A DNA stretch of 64,000 nt from an uncultured Actinomycetota bacterium (GCA_963770565.1 CAVYQE010000001.1:1-64000); one strand, 5' to 3'; counted from the first letter of the stretch, positions 45,410 through 57,897 are shown. Program-made: numbers and translations. The notes: generated by a model from the letters alone, not told the origin.

Positions 45410-46960
45410 CGACGAGCTACGACCAGATCCCGTATCCGCGGCATACCTATTGGTTCACGCATCCCGATCGGCTGGCGACGCTCGGCGCCCTGCATGGGAT
45501 GAATCCGCCGCCGGTGGAGACCTGCCGGGTGTTGGAACTCGGCTGTGCCGCCGGCTCGAATCTGACTCCGATGGCTTATGCGCTGCCGGGGGCGACGTTC
45601 GTCGGCGTCGACATCTCGGCGCGGCAAATCGCCGAGGGGCAACGGTTCATCAACGCGGTCGGGCTCGAGAACATTCAGCTCGCGGCGGTCAACATTCGCG
45701 CGTATCGACGAGAGTTTCGGCCGCTTCGACTATATCATCGCCCACGGAGTCCATTCGTGGGTTCCCGCCGACGTGCAAGAGGCGATTCTGCGGGTCTGCG
45801 GCCGGCATTTGACCGAGCAGGGGGTGGCGCTGGTGAGCTACAACGCCTACCCCGGCTGCCATCTGCGGCAAATGGTGCGCGGGATGGCCCAGTTTCACGT
45901 GCGCGACATCGACGATCCGGCGGAGAAGGTCGGCCAGCTTCATGCGCTGGTGCGGTTTCTCGCGGATTCGCTGAGCGACGACTCCAAAGTCTATCGCCGC
46001 ATCCTGCAGAGCGAAGCCGCGCGGCTGGCGATGCTCAGCGAGCCGTTCATCCTGCACGACGTATTCGAAGACGCCAATCTGCCCGTCTATTTCCATGAGT
46101 TCGTCGCGCAAGCCGCGGCCCACGGTTTGCAATATCTGGCCGAGGCGCTGCCGCTCGACCCGCGGCGGGCCGAGATTGCGCCGGCCTTGCTGGCCGAGTT
46201 CGATCGCGCCGGCGATCCGATCGCCTATGAGCAGCATCTCGATTTTCTCGACGGAACCGCCTTTCGACGCACGCTGATCTGCCGCGATTCGCTGCCGCTC
46301 GATCGCGCAATGCAGGCCCCGCCGCTCGAGCGGTTCTTGATTGCTTCACAGGCCGCTCCGACCGCGGCCGCTCCCGATTTGCACGGCGACGGCTCGGAGG
46401 AATTCGCCGCCCGCAAGGGGCAAATTGCGGCCGCGCTGCGTTGCGACCGGCCGATCGCCAAGGCGGCGCTCGTCACGCTCTTCGAGAGCTTCCCGCGGGC
46501 GTTGCCCTATGCGACGACTTTGAATTCGGCCGCCGAACGGCTCGGCCGGCGTCCAACGCCCGACGACGATCGCGAGTTGCGCGGCGTGTTGCTGGGCGGG
46601 TTCAACGTGGGGGCGATCGAACTTCATCGTTGGCAACCGGCGTTGGCCGATGGCGTCGGTGTTCGCCCCGAAGCCAGTCCGATGGCTCGCTATGAAGTGT
46701 CGCAAGGCTGGGAAGCGACAACGCTCTGGCATGAGCGATTGATTTTGACGCAGGCCGTTTTGCGTCATCTGATCATCAGTCTCGACGGCCACCGCGACCG
46801 CGAGCAAATCGCCGCCGATCTCACTTCCGCCATTCTCGCCGATCAACTTTCGAATCCCGGCGACGCGATGCGCTCGAAATCGGAAATCCGCGGCGAAGTC
46901 GATCGGCAGCTCGAAGCGGCGCTGCGCGATCTGGCCCGCGCGGCCGTGTTGATTGCCTAA
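45406..46960 (+). CDS. SAM methyltransferase with regulatory domain, PKMT-like, paralog 2 (frameshift near 45700)
   Basis: SYDQIPY..VLELGCAAGSN..FDYIIAHG..SYNAYPG..EQHLDF; ATGA overlap. Confidence 0.88.
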
Positions 46961-47100
46961 AGCGTGCCACTGCTTGGCGGCTGCCGGCGGGCTGCACTGC
47001 TTGCCGCCCGCCGAATACGGCGACTCTCAAAGCATCGTCTACCGCGGCGGACGGCAAGCAGTGGCACGACCGACCTCACCGAACGACCGTGCCACTGCTC

Positions 47101-49041
47101 TCATGGCTCCAGGTCGATCCCGCGATAGAGCGGCAGGTAGCGGTAGTAAATCTCCAGCGTGCAGAGGGCGAGGCTGGTCATATAGATGCGGCCGCCGGTG
47201 CGGGTGTCGATGTCGCCGATCGCGCCGCCGCGCGGGGCCCAGCTTCCCGCGCGATGCCCGGCCCGCTCTTGCATGCGCCAGCAGCGTTTCGCGCATCGCG
47301 GCGTTCCACTGTTGCCAGGCCTCGCCGCCGACATTGTGCATGACTTGCGTGGCGTAGTACCAGTAATAGATATTCGGCCAGCGCGTGTTCGGCAGCGCTT
47401 TGCCGCATCAGGTGGCGGATGCCTTCGCGGAGGCCCGGCTGATCTTCCCGCCAGCCCAGATACTGCCGGCAGAGCAGGCCCTCGGCCGTCATCGTCGGCG
47501 ACGGACTGCGGCCCCGGCTGATAGGCGAACAGGCCCCCGTGGCGGCCAGCCCGCACCGTGTCGAGAAATCGGCCGGCATGGCGGAAAGCCGACTTGGGGA
47601 CTTTGAGATAAGCGTTCTTGCCGCTCTTGCAGCGCCATGAGCTGCCAGCCTTCGACGCTCGTATCCCCCTCTTCGCCCGGATGATAGCGCCAGCCTCCGC
47701 GGCGGTGCTGGGCATGGACGATGAAGTCGATCGCCCGCTGCGCCGCGGGGCGGAGCGACTCGTCGCCCGACATGGCCAGCGCCTCGCAGAGCACGATCGA
47801 GGCCAATCCGTGGGCATACATCCGCCCGCTGCCGGCGCCTTGCAGATCGCCGTCGGGCTTTTGATGCGCGACGATCCATTGCAAGCCATGCTCGATGGAA
47901 TCCCGATACCGGCCCTGATTCGGCGATTGCCCCGCGCCGAGAAAGGGCAACAGCGCCAGGGCGGTCGCGGCCATGTCGGACCGCTCCCCCCTTCGCCGTC
48001 GCATTGGCCGTTGCAATCGCCGACGCGATCGAACCGATCGAGCGACCAACTGCCGTCGCGGGCTTGATGGTGATTGAGCCAGTGCAAACCGGCCGCGACG
48101 GCCGCCTCGGTATGGATCGAACCCCCCTCTTCATCGACCATTTCGCGGCGAATGCGCGGATCGCGCCCTTCGAGCATCCGGCGGCGCGATGGCGTTTTTA
48201 CGGCCGCGATCACTTTCGCCAGCTCGGGCAGACCGCCCCGCGCATCCCGCGGCAGCGCCAGCTCATCCGCGCCGCGTTGGGCCTCGAGATCGGCCGGATT
48301 TCGCGGGATCGCGACGGTGTGGCTGGCGTGGACAGGCTTGTGGGTCGCCGGCGCTGGCTGCAAATGGGCGAGCGGCTTGGCCGTGATCGTGGAGGCGAGA
48401 GCCTGCCGATCGTCGTGCCGGAGCAGCGACCAAAGCCCGTAGGCCGCTCCGGCCGTCAACAGCAACAGGGCCGCCCAAGGCCAAATCGAGCGAAGCGGCC
48501 GACGCGCAGCCGGCGGTGTTTCCAGCGGCCCCGGTCGCACGAGTTTGGCCACCGGCGGGAGCGGAGGGGGAAGTTTCGGCAGCGGCGGCGGCTCGACCGG
48601 ACGCGCCTTGACCAACTTGGCCACGGGCACGCTCGGCGCGGCCGGTACAACCGCCGGCGCCGGCTTTCGAGCTCGTGCCGGATTTCGAAGTGGCACGGGC
48701 CGGTGCGTTGGCGCCGCGGCCTTGGTCACGGGGGGAATCGGCGTAACCCGCGCCGCCAGCAGTCGTTCGGCCTGGCGCTGCTGCTCGAGCGTGAGTTCGA
48801 TACTCGCGCCGCAATGCAAGCAGTCGGCCACCATCAGCCAAACGCGCACCGACATCGTGCGCGCCGCAATCGGGGCAGGCGCAAGCCAAAACATCGCCAT
48901 TGAGCCAAATTGCCGACTTCGCGGCCGCAGCAGCGGCGACTTTCGGGGCGGCTTTGGTCTTGGCCGCCGTTTTGTGCGCGGTGGGCGCCCCTTCGGCTCG
49001 TGGCGAGCCAGTCGTCGAATCGGAATCTTTATGGAGTTCAT
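47101..49041 (-). CDS. Prenyltransferase/squalene-oxidase-repeat protein with Cys- and Pro-rich N-terminus (frameshifted)
   Basis: GLHWL..HQ..DGSW, ALALLPFLGAG, MYAHGLA, GGWRY, LEIYYRYLPLY. Confidence 0.85.
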   Translation of the reverse strand: MNSIKIPIRRLARHEPKGRPPRTKRRPRPKPPRKSPLLRPRSRQFGSMAMFWLAPAPIAARTMSVRVWLMVADCLHCGASIELTLEQQRQAERLLAARVTPIPPVTKAAAPTHRPVPLRNPARARKPAPAVVPAAPSVPVAKLVKARPVEPPPLPKLPPPLPPVAKLVRPGPLETPPAARRPLRSIWPWAALLLLTAGAAYGLWSLLRHDDRQALASTITAKPLAHLQPAPATHKPVHASHTVAIPRNPADLEAQRGADELALPRDARGGLPELAKVIAAVKTPSRRRMLEGRDPRIRREMVDEEGGSIHTEAAVAAGLHWLNHHQARDGSWSLDRFDRVGDCNGQCDGEGGSGPTWPRPPWRCCPFSARGNRRIRAGIGIPSSMACNGSSRIKSPTAICKAPAAGGCMPTDWPRSCSARRWPCRATSRSAPRRSGRSTSSSMPSTAAEAGAIIRAKRGIRASKAGSSWRCKSGKNAYLKVPKSAFRHAGRFLDTVRAGRHGGLFAYQPGPQSVADDDGRGPALPAVSGLAGRSAGPPRRHPPPDAAKRCRTRAGRISITGTTPRKSCTMSAARPGNSGTPRCAKRCWRMQERAGHRAGSWAPRGGAIGDIDTRTGGRIYMTSLALCTLEIYYRYLPLYRGIDLEP

Positions 49042-49355
49042 CCATCATTCGACACACGATTGGCCGCGATTCGGCGGAATTTCTGCAACGGCGACTCGGC
49101 CCCTTCAACACCGTGCGTTGCGCCCGGCGCAATTCGCCGCCAGGCGGCAGGGCCAGTCGCCCTGTCGTCCGGCGTCCCTGTCGTCCGGCGTCTTTCGGGC
49201 CGCGCAGCGCAGGGCAACCGCCGGTTCCGTTTCCGCGTTTCTCCCGAAAGTCATTTGGCTTGCGGCCCGTAGCGGTTAATATACATGAGGCACGGCACGC
49301 GCTCAAATCGCCCGTGCGCTCGATCGGCAAAAACTTGGAATCGGAAGGGGACCGG

Positions 49356-50298
49356 ATGGCGACGGAGATTCGAAGCTGCGTCGCGGAGTTGGAGGCCAAC
49401 ATGGCCCAGGTCGTCCTGGGCAAACCTCACGTCATTCGGATGTGCATCGTCACACTCTTGGCCGGCGAGCATCTGCTGCTGGAAGACGTTCCCGGCGTCG
49501 GCAAGACCCTGGTCGCCAAGGCGCTGGCCAAGAGCGTCAGCGGCGACTTCTGCCGCATCCAATTCACTCCCGATCTGCTTGCCGAGCGACATCATCGGCA
49601 GCAGCCTGTTTCAGGCCCCCACCGGCGAATTCGTATTCAGCCGCGGCCCCGTGTTCGCCAATATCGTGCTGGCCGACGAAATCAACCGCACGACGCCCCG
49701 CACGCAAAGCGCGCTGCTGGAGGCGATGAGCGATCGGCAGGTCTCGGTCGATGGGCAATCGCATCCCTTGCCGTTGCCCTTCATGGTGATCGCCACGCAA
49801 AACCCGTTCGAATTCGAGGGCACCTATCCGCTGCCGGAAAGCCAACTCGATCGGTTCTTGATGCGGATTTCGATCGGCTATCCGGGGCGGGGCGACGAAT
49901 TGCAGGTGCTCTCGGCGCATCGCGGCGGCGAGCCGGTCGATGCGTTGCGGCCGGTCGTCGATGGCGATCGAATTCGCACGTTGCAGGAATCGGTCCGCCA
50001 GGTCGCCGTCGACGAGGCGATTCAAGAGTACCTGCTCGATATCATCGACGCGACGCGCCGCTGCGACGAGCTGCAGGTCGGCGCGAGCACGCGCGGTGCG
50101 CTCTGCCTGTATCGCGCGAGCCAGGCCCTGGCGGTGATCGAGGGGCGCGATTTCGTGATTCCCGACGACGTGAAGCGGTTGGCCGTGGCCGTGCTCGCCC
50201 ACCGCGTGATTGCCAAGAGCTACGCTCACGCCGGGCAGCGTCACGCCTTGGAGCAGTTGATCGAGCGGCTGGTCGATCGTGTCGCCGTGCCGGAATAG
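49356..50298 (+). CDS. MoxR AAA+ ATPase (frameshifted)
   Basis: EDVPGVGKT, RIQFTPDLLP, LADEINR, ATQNP, QLDRF. Confidence 0.93.
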
Positions 50299-50354
50299 CC
50301 GGCCGTGTCGCCGTGCCGGAACAGCCGGCCGTGTCGCCGTGCCGGAAAGCCGGT
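50279..50354. repeat. 26-bp tandem repeat x3
   Basis: gtgtcgccgtgccggaa(t/c)agccggcc spanning the MoxR stop. Confidence 0.8.
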
Positions 50355-50416
50355 CGCGACGCACGCGGATTCCCGTGGCATTGGAACGTTTTCGCCAACC
50401 TCAACCGAAGCCTATT

Positions 50417-51586
50417 ATGTTTTTCCGGGGACGAACGCGATTGACCCGCGAAGGATACTACTTCGTCGTCATCTTGGCGCTGGTGCTGGTGCGGGCGTCG
50501 ATGAAAGACATCAATCTCATGCTGGCTTTCGCCGGGATGATGGTCGGAGCGATCTATTTCAATTGGTTTGCCCTGCGAATCATGCTCCGCAAGCTCACGC
50601 TTCGCCGCCGGCTGCCCGACGCGGTCTCGGCCGGCGAGATGGCGGTGATCGAGTTGGAAGCGTCGAGCCCGCATCGTGCGACGGGCATCGAGGTCGAGGA
50701 CGCCTTCGAGTTGGCCGATTCGCCGCGGCGTGAAGACCACGGCCGCGGCCTGGCGATCTTCCCGCAACTTGTCGGCAGGCAGCCGGCGCGGGTTGCCTAT
50801 CGGGTGCGGTTCGGGCGGCGCGGGCGCTATCGATTCGGGCCGATCCGGGCGACGAGCCGATATCCGTTTCGGCTGATTTCACGGACGATCGCATTCCGGC
50901 AACCGGAGCAGCTCATCGTGCTGCCGCGGCTGGGGCGGTTGACGAGCCGCTGGGCCGGGCTCCGCCGCGCGGCGGAGCCGGGCACGCATCACGTGTTTCA
51001 ACGGCAAGGATTGAGCGAAGGCGATTTCTATGGCATGCGCGATTGGCGCTCCGGCGACAGCAAGCGGCTGATTCATTGGCGCACTTCCGCGCGCCGCGGC
51101 AGCCTCATGGTTCGGCAGTTCGAGCAGCCGCGGAGCGAGAATCTGACGTTGCTCGTCGACCTCTGGCAGCCCAGCGAGCCGACGCCCGCGCAGGAAGAGA
51201 ATGTCGAATTGGCGGTGAGCTTCGCCGCCACCGTCGTAGCCGACACCTGCCGGCGCGGCGGCTGCCGATTGCGGCTGGTCGTGGCGGGCCGCGAACAGGT
51301 CGCCGTCGACGGCGGCGCGTCGCGGGCGTTGGCGGCCGACGCGCTCGCGCGGCTGGCGGTTGCCGAAGCGGCGCCGATCGCGCGCGGCGAATTATTCGAG
51401 CCATTCGGAATCGAGCGTCCGCCGACCGGTCGGCTGGTGCTCATCAGCACGCGCCCCGAGAGTCGCGCGGCTACCGGCGCGGCCGGCGCGCATGCCGCGG
51501 CGCCGCGGCACAGCGGGACGGCGGCGCGGCTGCTGCACATCGACGCCGGCAGCGACCAACTCTTCGAGTATTTCCAAATCGACTGA
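50417..51586 (+). CDS. DUF58 protein
   Basis: RRGRY..DFYGMRDWRSGD..IHWRTSAR..LMVRQFE. Confidence 0.9.
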   Translation: MFFRGRTRLTREGYYFVVILALVLVRASMKDINLMLAFAGMMVGAIYFNWFALRIMLRKLTLRRRLPDAVSAGEMAVIELEASSPHRATGIEVEDAFELADSPRREDHGRGLAIFPQLVGRQPARVAYRVRFGRRGRYRFGPIRATSRYPFRLISRTIAFRQPEQLIVLPRLGRLTSRWAGLRRAAEPGTHHVFQRQGLSEGDFYGMRDWRSGDSKRLIHWRTSARRGSLMVRQFEQPRSENLTLLVDLWQPSEPTPAQEENVELAVSFAATVVADTCRRGGCRLRLVVAGREQVAVDGGASRALAADALARLAVAEAAPIARGELFEPFGIERPPTGRLVLISTRPESRAATGAAGAHAAAPRHSGTAARLLHIDAGSDQLFEYFQID

Positions 51587-51613
51587 AATCCCCGGCCCGG
51601 ACCACGGCTCACG

Positions 51614-54137
51614 ATGCGCCTGCCGCAGATTCACCTTCGAACGCCCCCCGCGATTGCCGCAGCCAAGCCGTCGGCGCAGCGCATGCCAAGCCGCCGGCGC
51701 AGGCCCCGCTCGGGGCGGAACGGCTGTTGCAGATCAATGTCGCCCTGCTCGTGCCGTTGGGCGCATTGATGCTGGGCATGGGAGAGCGCAGCATGACGCT
51801 CCCCGCCGTCGTCGGCATCGTGGCGCTGGCTTCGATTTTCGTCACCGATCAATGGGGCTGGTTCCGGCTGAATCGGATGGTGGCCAATGCCGTCGCGATT
51901 TTAGCGACGGTCGCCTCGGTCGTGCTGTTCATCTCCGCGACGAGCGAAGAGCAACTCACGACGATCGCCAATTTGCTGGTCTATCTGCAAATCGTGCTGT
52001 TGCTGCAGAAGAAAAACGTCCGGCTGTATTGGCAACTGCTGGTGCTCAGCGGGTTGGAAGTCGTGGTGGCGACGGCGCTCGATTCGAGCCTGCTGTTCGG
52101 AGCGCTGTTGGTGGTGTATTTGTTCGTGGCGTTGGCCGCGCTGGGATTGATTTTCGTGCTCTGCGAAGCCGAATCCCATGCCGAGCGCGGCGGAGCGCCG
52201 CATTCCGTGGCCGTCCCTCCGTGCGGCGCCGGTCCGCACTGCGCCGGCGCGGTGGCCGCTCGCGCGGGGAATTCGCGTCGTGGCCGAGCCGCCGGCCGAT
52301 CTGTCGCGGCAACTTCTCGGAGCGGGAATCTTCTGGCGGACCACCGGCATCGGGGTCGGCGCTGATCGTCGCCGCTGTCTGCTTCTTCTTTCTACCGCGG
52401 TTCGGCAAGGCGCTCGTCGAGGTCGCCGGTCAGCAGACTCTGATCGGTTACAATCCGACGGTCAAGCTCGGCGACATGGGGCCGCTCTTGCAGAATCCCG
52501 AAATCGTCATGCAGGCCCGCTTTCGCAATGCGGCCGGCGCGCCGCTCGCGCCGACGAGTCCCCCTTTGCTGCGCGGCTCGCTGCTCAATGATTATCATCG
52601 CGGGGAATGGAAGCTCAGCGGCGTCGGCACACGGTCTCGCGATCGGCTTGCCACCGCTCCGGACGATCCCGGCTTGGTCCGCGAACTCATCACGATCGAG
52701 CCGCTCAGCGACCCGGTGCTGTTCGGCGTCTATCCTCCGTATCGCTCCGGGTCGGTGCGGTCGAATCGGCACGTGCGGTACGATCCCGATCGGCAGCGAC
52801 TCGTCCGCACCAATGGCGAGGTGCAATCGCAAGAATTCTCCTATGAGATTCTCACGACCGGATTGGTGAACGGCCGGCAGGTGCGGCTGGTTCCCCTGCT
52901 CGATCCGCGGGAAGTCGCCATGCCCGATCTGTTGCAGCTTCCCGACAAACGGCCGCGGGGCACGGCGGCTTCGCCCGCACCGCCGATCGACCGGCGCGAC
53001 GCGCTCACCGGCCTGCGGGCCTTTGCCGCCCGCACGATCCGCGCGGCGAACATCCCGGCCGGCGATGCCTATGCCGAGGCCCGCGCGCTCGAGCGGGCCC
53101 TCAGCCGGCCGCCGTTCGAATATACGCTCGATCGGCCGCCGGCCACCGCCGGAATCGATCCGATCGAGGATTTCGTCACGCACAATCCGCGGGGGCACTG
53201 CGAATACTTTGCCACGCGCCCTGACGCTGATGCTCCGCAGCCAGGGGATTCCGGCCCGGATGGTGATCGGCTTTCACGGCGGCGATTGGAATCCCAACGG
53301 CTATTATTACGACGTGCGGCAGCTTCATGCCCATGCCTGGGTCGAGGCTTATCTCGATCCGCAACAAGTGCGCAAAGTCGCCGCGGGCGGAAATGCCGCC
53401 CGACCTGTCGTTCGGCGAGGGGGCCTGGCTGATTTTGGATCCGACTCCGGCCGCTCAAGCGGCCGACGCCTCCGCCGAAGGCTCGTTTCTGTCGTCGCTC
53501 GCCGATTTCTCGCACTACGTGCAAATGCTGTGGACGACTTATGTCGTCGGCCTCAATTCCGACCGGCAGGATCGGGCGATTTACCGGCCGCTGTCCAACT
53601 TCGTCCAGGCGCTGAAAAAGCTCGTGACTCATCCGAAACAGGCGGTATCGGACATCGTCGCCCATCTCCGACATTGGCTGTTCGGCGGAGGCAAGCCAAC
53701 CGACAGCCGGTTCGATTGGTATGTGCTGGCGGCCTTGGCGCTGCTGGCGCTGGCCGCTTTTCTTGTCTATCGGCTGGGGCGGCGGATCGTGCGAGCCTGC
53801 CGGCGGGCCGGCAAACGCCGCCGCTCATCGGCCGTCGCCCGCAGCCGCGTCGGATTCTATCGCCGCTTCGAGATGATCTTGGCGCGGCATGGCATCCGCC
53901 GCAAGCAGGGGGAAACGCCGCTCGAGCTGGCCCATCGCGCGGGCCGAGCGTCTGGGCGGCGATCTCGGCCGGCACCGCGCCGCCGCGTTGCCGCCGCGTC
54001 TGGTCGCCAACTTCTACCGCGTCCGCTTCGGCCGCGCCGTTCTCGACCCCGCCGAAACCGATGCGATTGCCCGGATGCTCGTCGAAGTCAACGAAGGACT
54101 GGAGGCGGGACGTGGGGAACGAGGGACGCGGGGCTAG
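51614..54137 (+). CDS. DUF3488/transglutaminase (TgpA-like) membrane protein (frameshifted; start uncertain)
   Basis: TM N-terminus; GHCEYFA, GIPARMVIGF, HAHAWVEAY, LDPTP. Confidence 0.88.
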
Positions 54138-54840
54138 CGACTCTCTCGGCGGGGGTCCGTGGCCCGGCAGCGGCGCGAGTTGGGGACGAGGGAGGTTTGT
54201 CTTCGAGTGCTTGGTGCCATGCCCGCAGCCCGATCTTGCAGAAGCTGCTCGCCAGAAAGCCGAAAAACCCTCCGAGGATCGCCGCCGAGATCGAGCCGAC
54301 GAGCATTTCCGGCGCGGTGGTTCTGGTCCAATAGGCATACGCGAGGCTGCTGAGCGTGCCCCCCAGCGCCGCGCCGGCCAGCGTGAGGATGGTGACCGAT
54401 CGCCCCAGCGGCGTCCGCTCGCGCAGCCGGCTGGGGCCGTTGGCGACTTGATCGGGCAAAGGGGCGCCCCTCGCTGGAGCGGCCTCGCCGTGCGTCGACA
54501 TCGCGGCCTCCTTCGGCGTTGAGCCGCGTTCCCAACGCGTTGCCCACCACATGAAATATCACCAGCAACAAATAGACGCACAGAACAATCGAGGCCAAGG
54601 GCCCGACCTCGCGCATCACGCCGAACAGCAGGCAACAGCCCGTGACCGCGAACATCAACGTCCGCAATCGAAATTGCAGGCCACGCGCCGCAGGCCGCTC
54701 ACGCTCGGGCGCAGGCGACGAAACCGTTGCGGGCGTCAGGTCCGGCACGACCGGTTCGCCGCGCTGCGAGTCAACTCCGCGCTGAGCCGGCTTGGCCGCG
54801 GTGGAAGTCGCTTCCGACATGCGAGCCCTCGACATTTCAT
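54134..54840 (-). CDS. Hypothetical membrane protein with QFRLRTL motif (frameshifted)
   Basis: LQFRLRTLMF..HVVGNALGT..SAAILGGFFGFL. Confidence 0.6.
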
Positions 54841-55109
54841 TCGCGGTTCCCCGCCGCCCGTCCGCTACGATCATGGTCGCTACGATCATTGCCGCTACGA
54901 TCATGGCTCGGGTCGCGGGAACACCGTTCGTTTTGCCCGTCCAAATCACTGGGCAAAAACGATACCACCGCGGCCATGCCACCGGTGGGCATTATAGCAG
55001 CCGCTCTGGCGGCGGCGAAGCGGGGCCATCGAGGAGCCTGTCCGAGACCGGCCGCGGCGAGGGGGCCAGTGGTCGATCGGCCGAAAGGGGTCGGGAGTCG
55101 AATTTCGCC

Positions 55110-55935
55110 CGGTGAACGACCCGTAGAGCAATCGGCGTTTGATGAACTCCACAGACGCTCGATCAGCTTCAGATTGGGCAAGTCCACCGGAAGGTAAGAA
55201 GCGTGATCCCCAACTCCGTAGCCAGGGCATGGACTACGCGTTGCGCTGGTAACGGGCGTTGTCGAGCACCACGGTGATGGGACCGATCAAGCTTTTGGCG
55301 GCAATCTTCCGCAACAATTCGCACATCGTCTCGGTGTTCACGACCGTCGTGTTGGTCACGTAGGTCAGTTGCCGGGTCACGGCATTCCGGGCTCCGAGCA
55401 CGTTGAACCGCTGCCGTCCCGACGCCGCCCGCACCCACAATCTCACGAACGACCACAGGCAGCACAGAAATGTCCCATAGACAAAATGGGCCGCATCCAC
55501 GAAGAAGACGTGCCCTTGACCCCCTTGGGCAACGTCCACCGGAAGGTGTCAACTGTCGGCGATTATCGGACAGACTGCTTCAAGCGACACGCCCTCGAGA
55601 CTTTTTTTGGGGGGAGTGGCACTCGATGCATCGCCACTCATCCCCATCCCTTTCATGAATTTCCTGACCTGGGTCGGACCACGCCGGAGGCCGGTCATTT
55701 TCTCGATCCGCTCGGCGGCCTCCGCCACGCTTCGGACCGGCTCTTTCTCGAACGATTCACGGATCAAATCCCGGTACGAAGCCAATTCGCTGGTGGGCCC
55801 CTTCCTGTTCCATTCTCGCAAACCGTCGAGGCCGCTAGTCCGAAAGGCCTCGACCGCGCGTTCCACTGTGGCCCTGCCTACCAGAGCGATCTTTGCCGCT
55901 ACCACTCGAGTAAACCGAATGGCGGCCAGAGCGAG
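55110..55935 (-). mobile_element. IS630-family transposase, degenerate or mosaic
   Basis: HTH part GRATVER..GLDGL..; FFVDAAHF, LDNARYQ, PNLKLIERLW; A7G slippery site at 55601-55608. Confidence 0.85.
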
Positions 55936-55947
55936 GATGCGCGCCGC

Positions 55948-56915
55948 AAAGGGGTCGGGAGTGCGATTTCGCCCGCTGAACGACCCCGTTCCCAACCGGC
56001 ATCATGGCGAAATCGATTCCTGACCCCCTTTTGGCAACGTCCACCGGAAGGTAAGGCGATTATCGGACAGACTGCTAGTCGAGCGCACGCCCTCGCTAGC
56101 GCGTTGGGCTAGTGGGACCACTCGATAAACCATGGCGGCGAGGGGATGCGCCGCGAAAGGGGTCGGGAGTCGATTTCGCCCGCTGAACGACCCGTAGTAC
56201 CAACCGGCATCATGGCGAAATCGATTCCCGACCCCCTTTTGGCAACGTCCACCGGAAGGTAAGGCGGTTATCGGACAGACTGCTAGTCAAGCGCACGCCC
56301 TCGCTAGCGCGTCGGGCTAGTGGGACCACTCGATAAACCATGGCGGCGAGGGGGTGCTCGCCGCGAAAGGGGTCGGGAGTCGATTTCGCCCGCTGAACGA
56401 CCCGTAGTACCAACCGGCATCATGGCGAAATCGATTCCCGACCCCCTTTTGGCAACGTCCACCGGAAGGTAAGGCGGTTCTCGGAGAGGCTCCTAGCCAA
56501 GCGCACGCCCTCGCTAGCGCGTCGGGCTAGTGTGGCCGCTCGATAATTTGTCGCGGCGAGGGGATGCGCGCCGCGAAAGGGGTCGGGAGTCGATTTCGCC
56601 CGCTGAACGACCCGTCAGCGCCAACCGGCATCATGGCGAAATCGATTCCCGACCCCCTTTTGGCAACGTCCACCGGAAAGTAAGGCGGTTATCGGAGAGG
56701 CTCCTAGCCAAGCGCACGCCCTCGCTAGCGCGTCGGGCTAGTGGGACCACTCGATAAACCATGGCGGCGAGGGGATGCGCGCCGCGAAAGGGGTCGGGAG
56801 TCGATTTCGCCCGCTGAACGACGCGTAGTGCCAACCGGCATCATGGCGAAATCGACTCCCGCCCCCCTTTGGCAACGCCCACCGGAAGGTAAGCCGGCTG
56901 CTCGGACAGGCTGCT
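55948..56915. repeat. Tandem array of ~210-bp units (4 full plus 1 partial)
   Basis: aaaggggtcgggagt at 55948, 56156, 56366, 56576, 56787; also at 55084. Confidence 0.95.
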
Positions 56916-57794
56916 AGGGCGTCAAGCAGAGCCCGACCAGGATGTCGTAGAAAGCATGGCTGCCGGCGGCGATCCCGAATCCGCGATAGACGAACAGCAC
57001 CGCGAAGAACGCCCCCGCCACGAAGCGGAACAGAAATGTCGAGAGTTCCAACGGCTGGCCGTGAGGGCCGATATAGTGCGCGGCCGAGAAGAGCACGCTG
57101 GTGATCAGCACCGCTCCGACCAACGCTTGCCGGGGCGTGCAGCCGGCCAACTTCAGCCCCCACGCCGCCAACGGCAGCAAAGTCAACCGAAACAGCACTT
57201 CCTCATAAATGCCCGCCCCGAAAAATGCGACCAGCTTGCCCGCGCCGTGCAGGGCGCCGCTGAGAATCGAGGCCGAGACGGGCCAGTCGCACTGGGCCGG
57301 CAGAAACATCGATAACAGCGATCCTTGAAGGCGGGCAATCACCACCAGCGCCAGCGCCAGCAGCAGGCATTCGGCAAACATCGCATACAGCACCCCCGGC
57401 ACGACCCGCCAGGGTTGCCCCGTCGTATGATGCCAGCCGAGCAGAATCCCGATGGTCAAGACGGGGAGCAGAAAGTATTGGCCGAAGCCCAGCAGATCGA
57501 GCAGTTGGCGGAGCCAGACGTCGGCGCCGTTGCGCATCGCCTGGGCGCCGAGCCAGATCACGCCCGCTTCGTAGAGAACCAGCAGCGGAGCGATGAAGGC
57601 CAGGCAGGTGAGCGGTCGGCGCGATTGCTGCCAATAATACCCGCTCGCCTGGGGCCAGATGCACGTATTGCCGAAAAGCGTTGCAAGCACAGCGAGCGGG
57701 GAGAGACGATGATTGGAAGGCGAGGGAGTCGGCTGCTCGCCGTGGAACTTCCTTGTGAGATCGCGATGACTTGTCGCGCCGGCCATATTGATCA
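56914..57794 (-). CDS. CPBP-family intramembrane glutamic protease (start uncertain)
   Basis: EEVLFR, FSAAH, HAFYD. Confidence 0.9.
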
Positions 57795-57897
57795 TCGGAG
57801 TCGCTCCGCCAACCCTTGAAAACTTGGCCACCGCGCGTTGCCCTCTGCACGACCGCTGAAAACCGCACGCCGCTCGCAATCTTTTCGTTCCGTTGCG

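Noticed and set aside
54863-54907. 15-bp x3 repeat (also an 18-bp x3 repeat at ~58064-58112) as operators or iterons
   Set aside because: Short local slippage duplications with no supporting context
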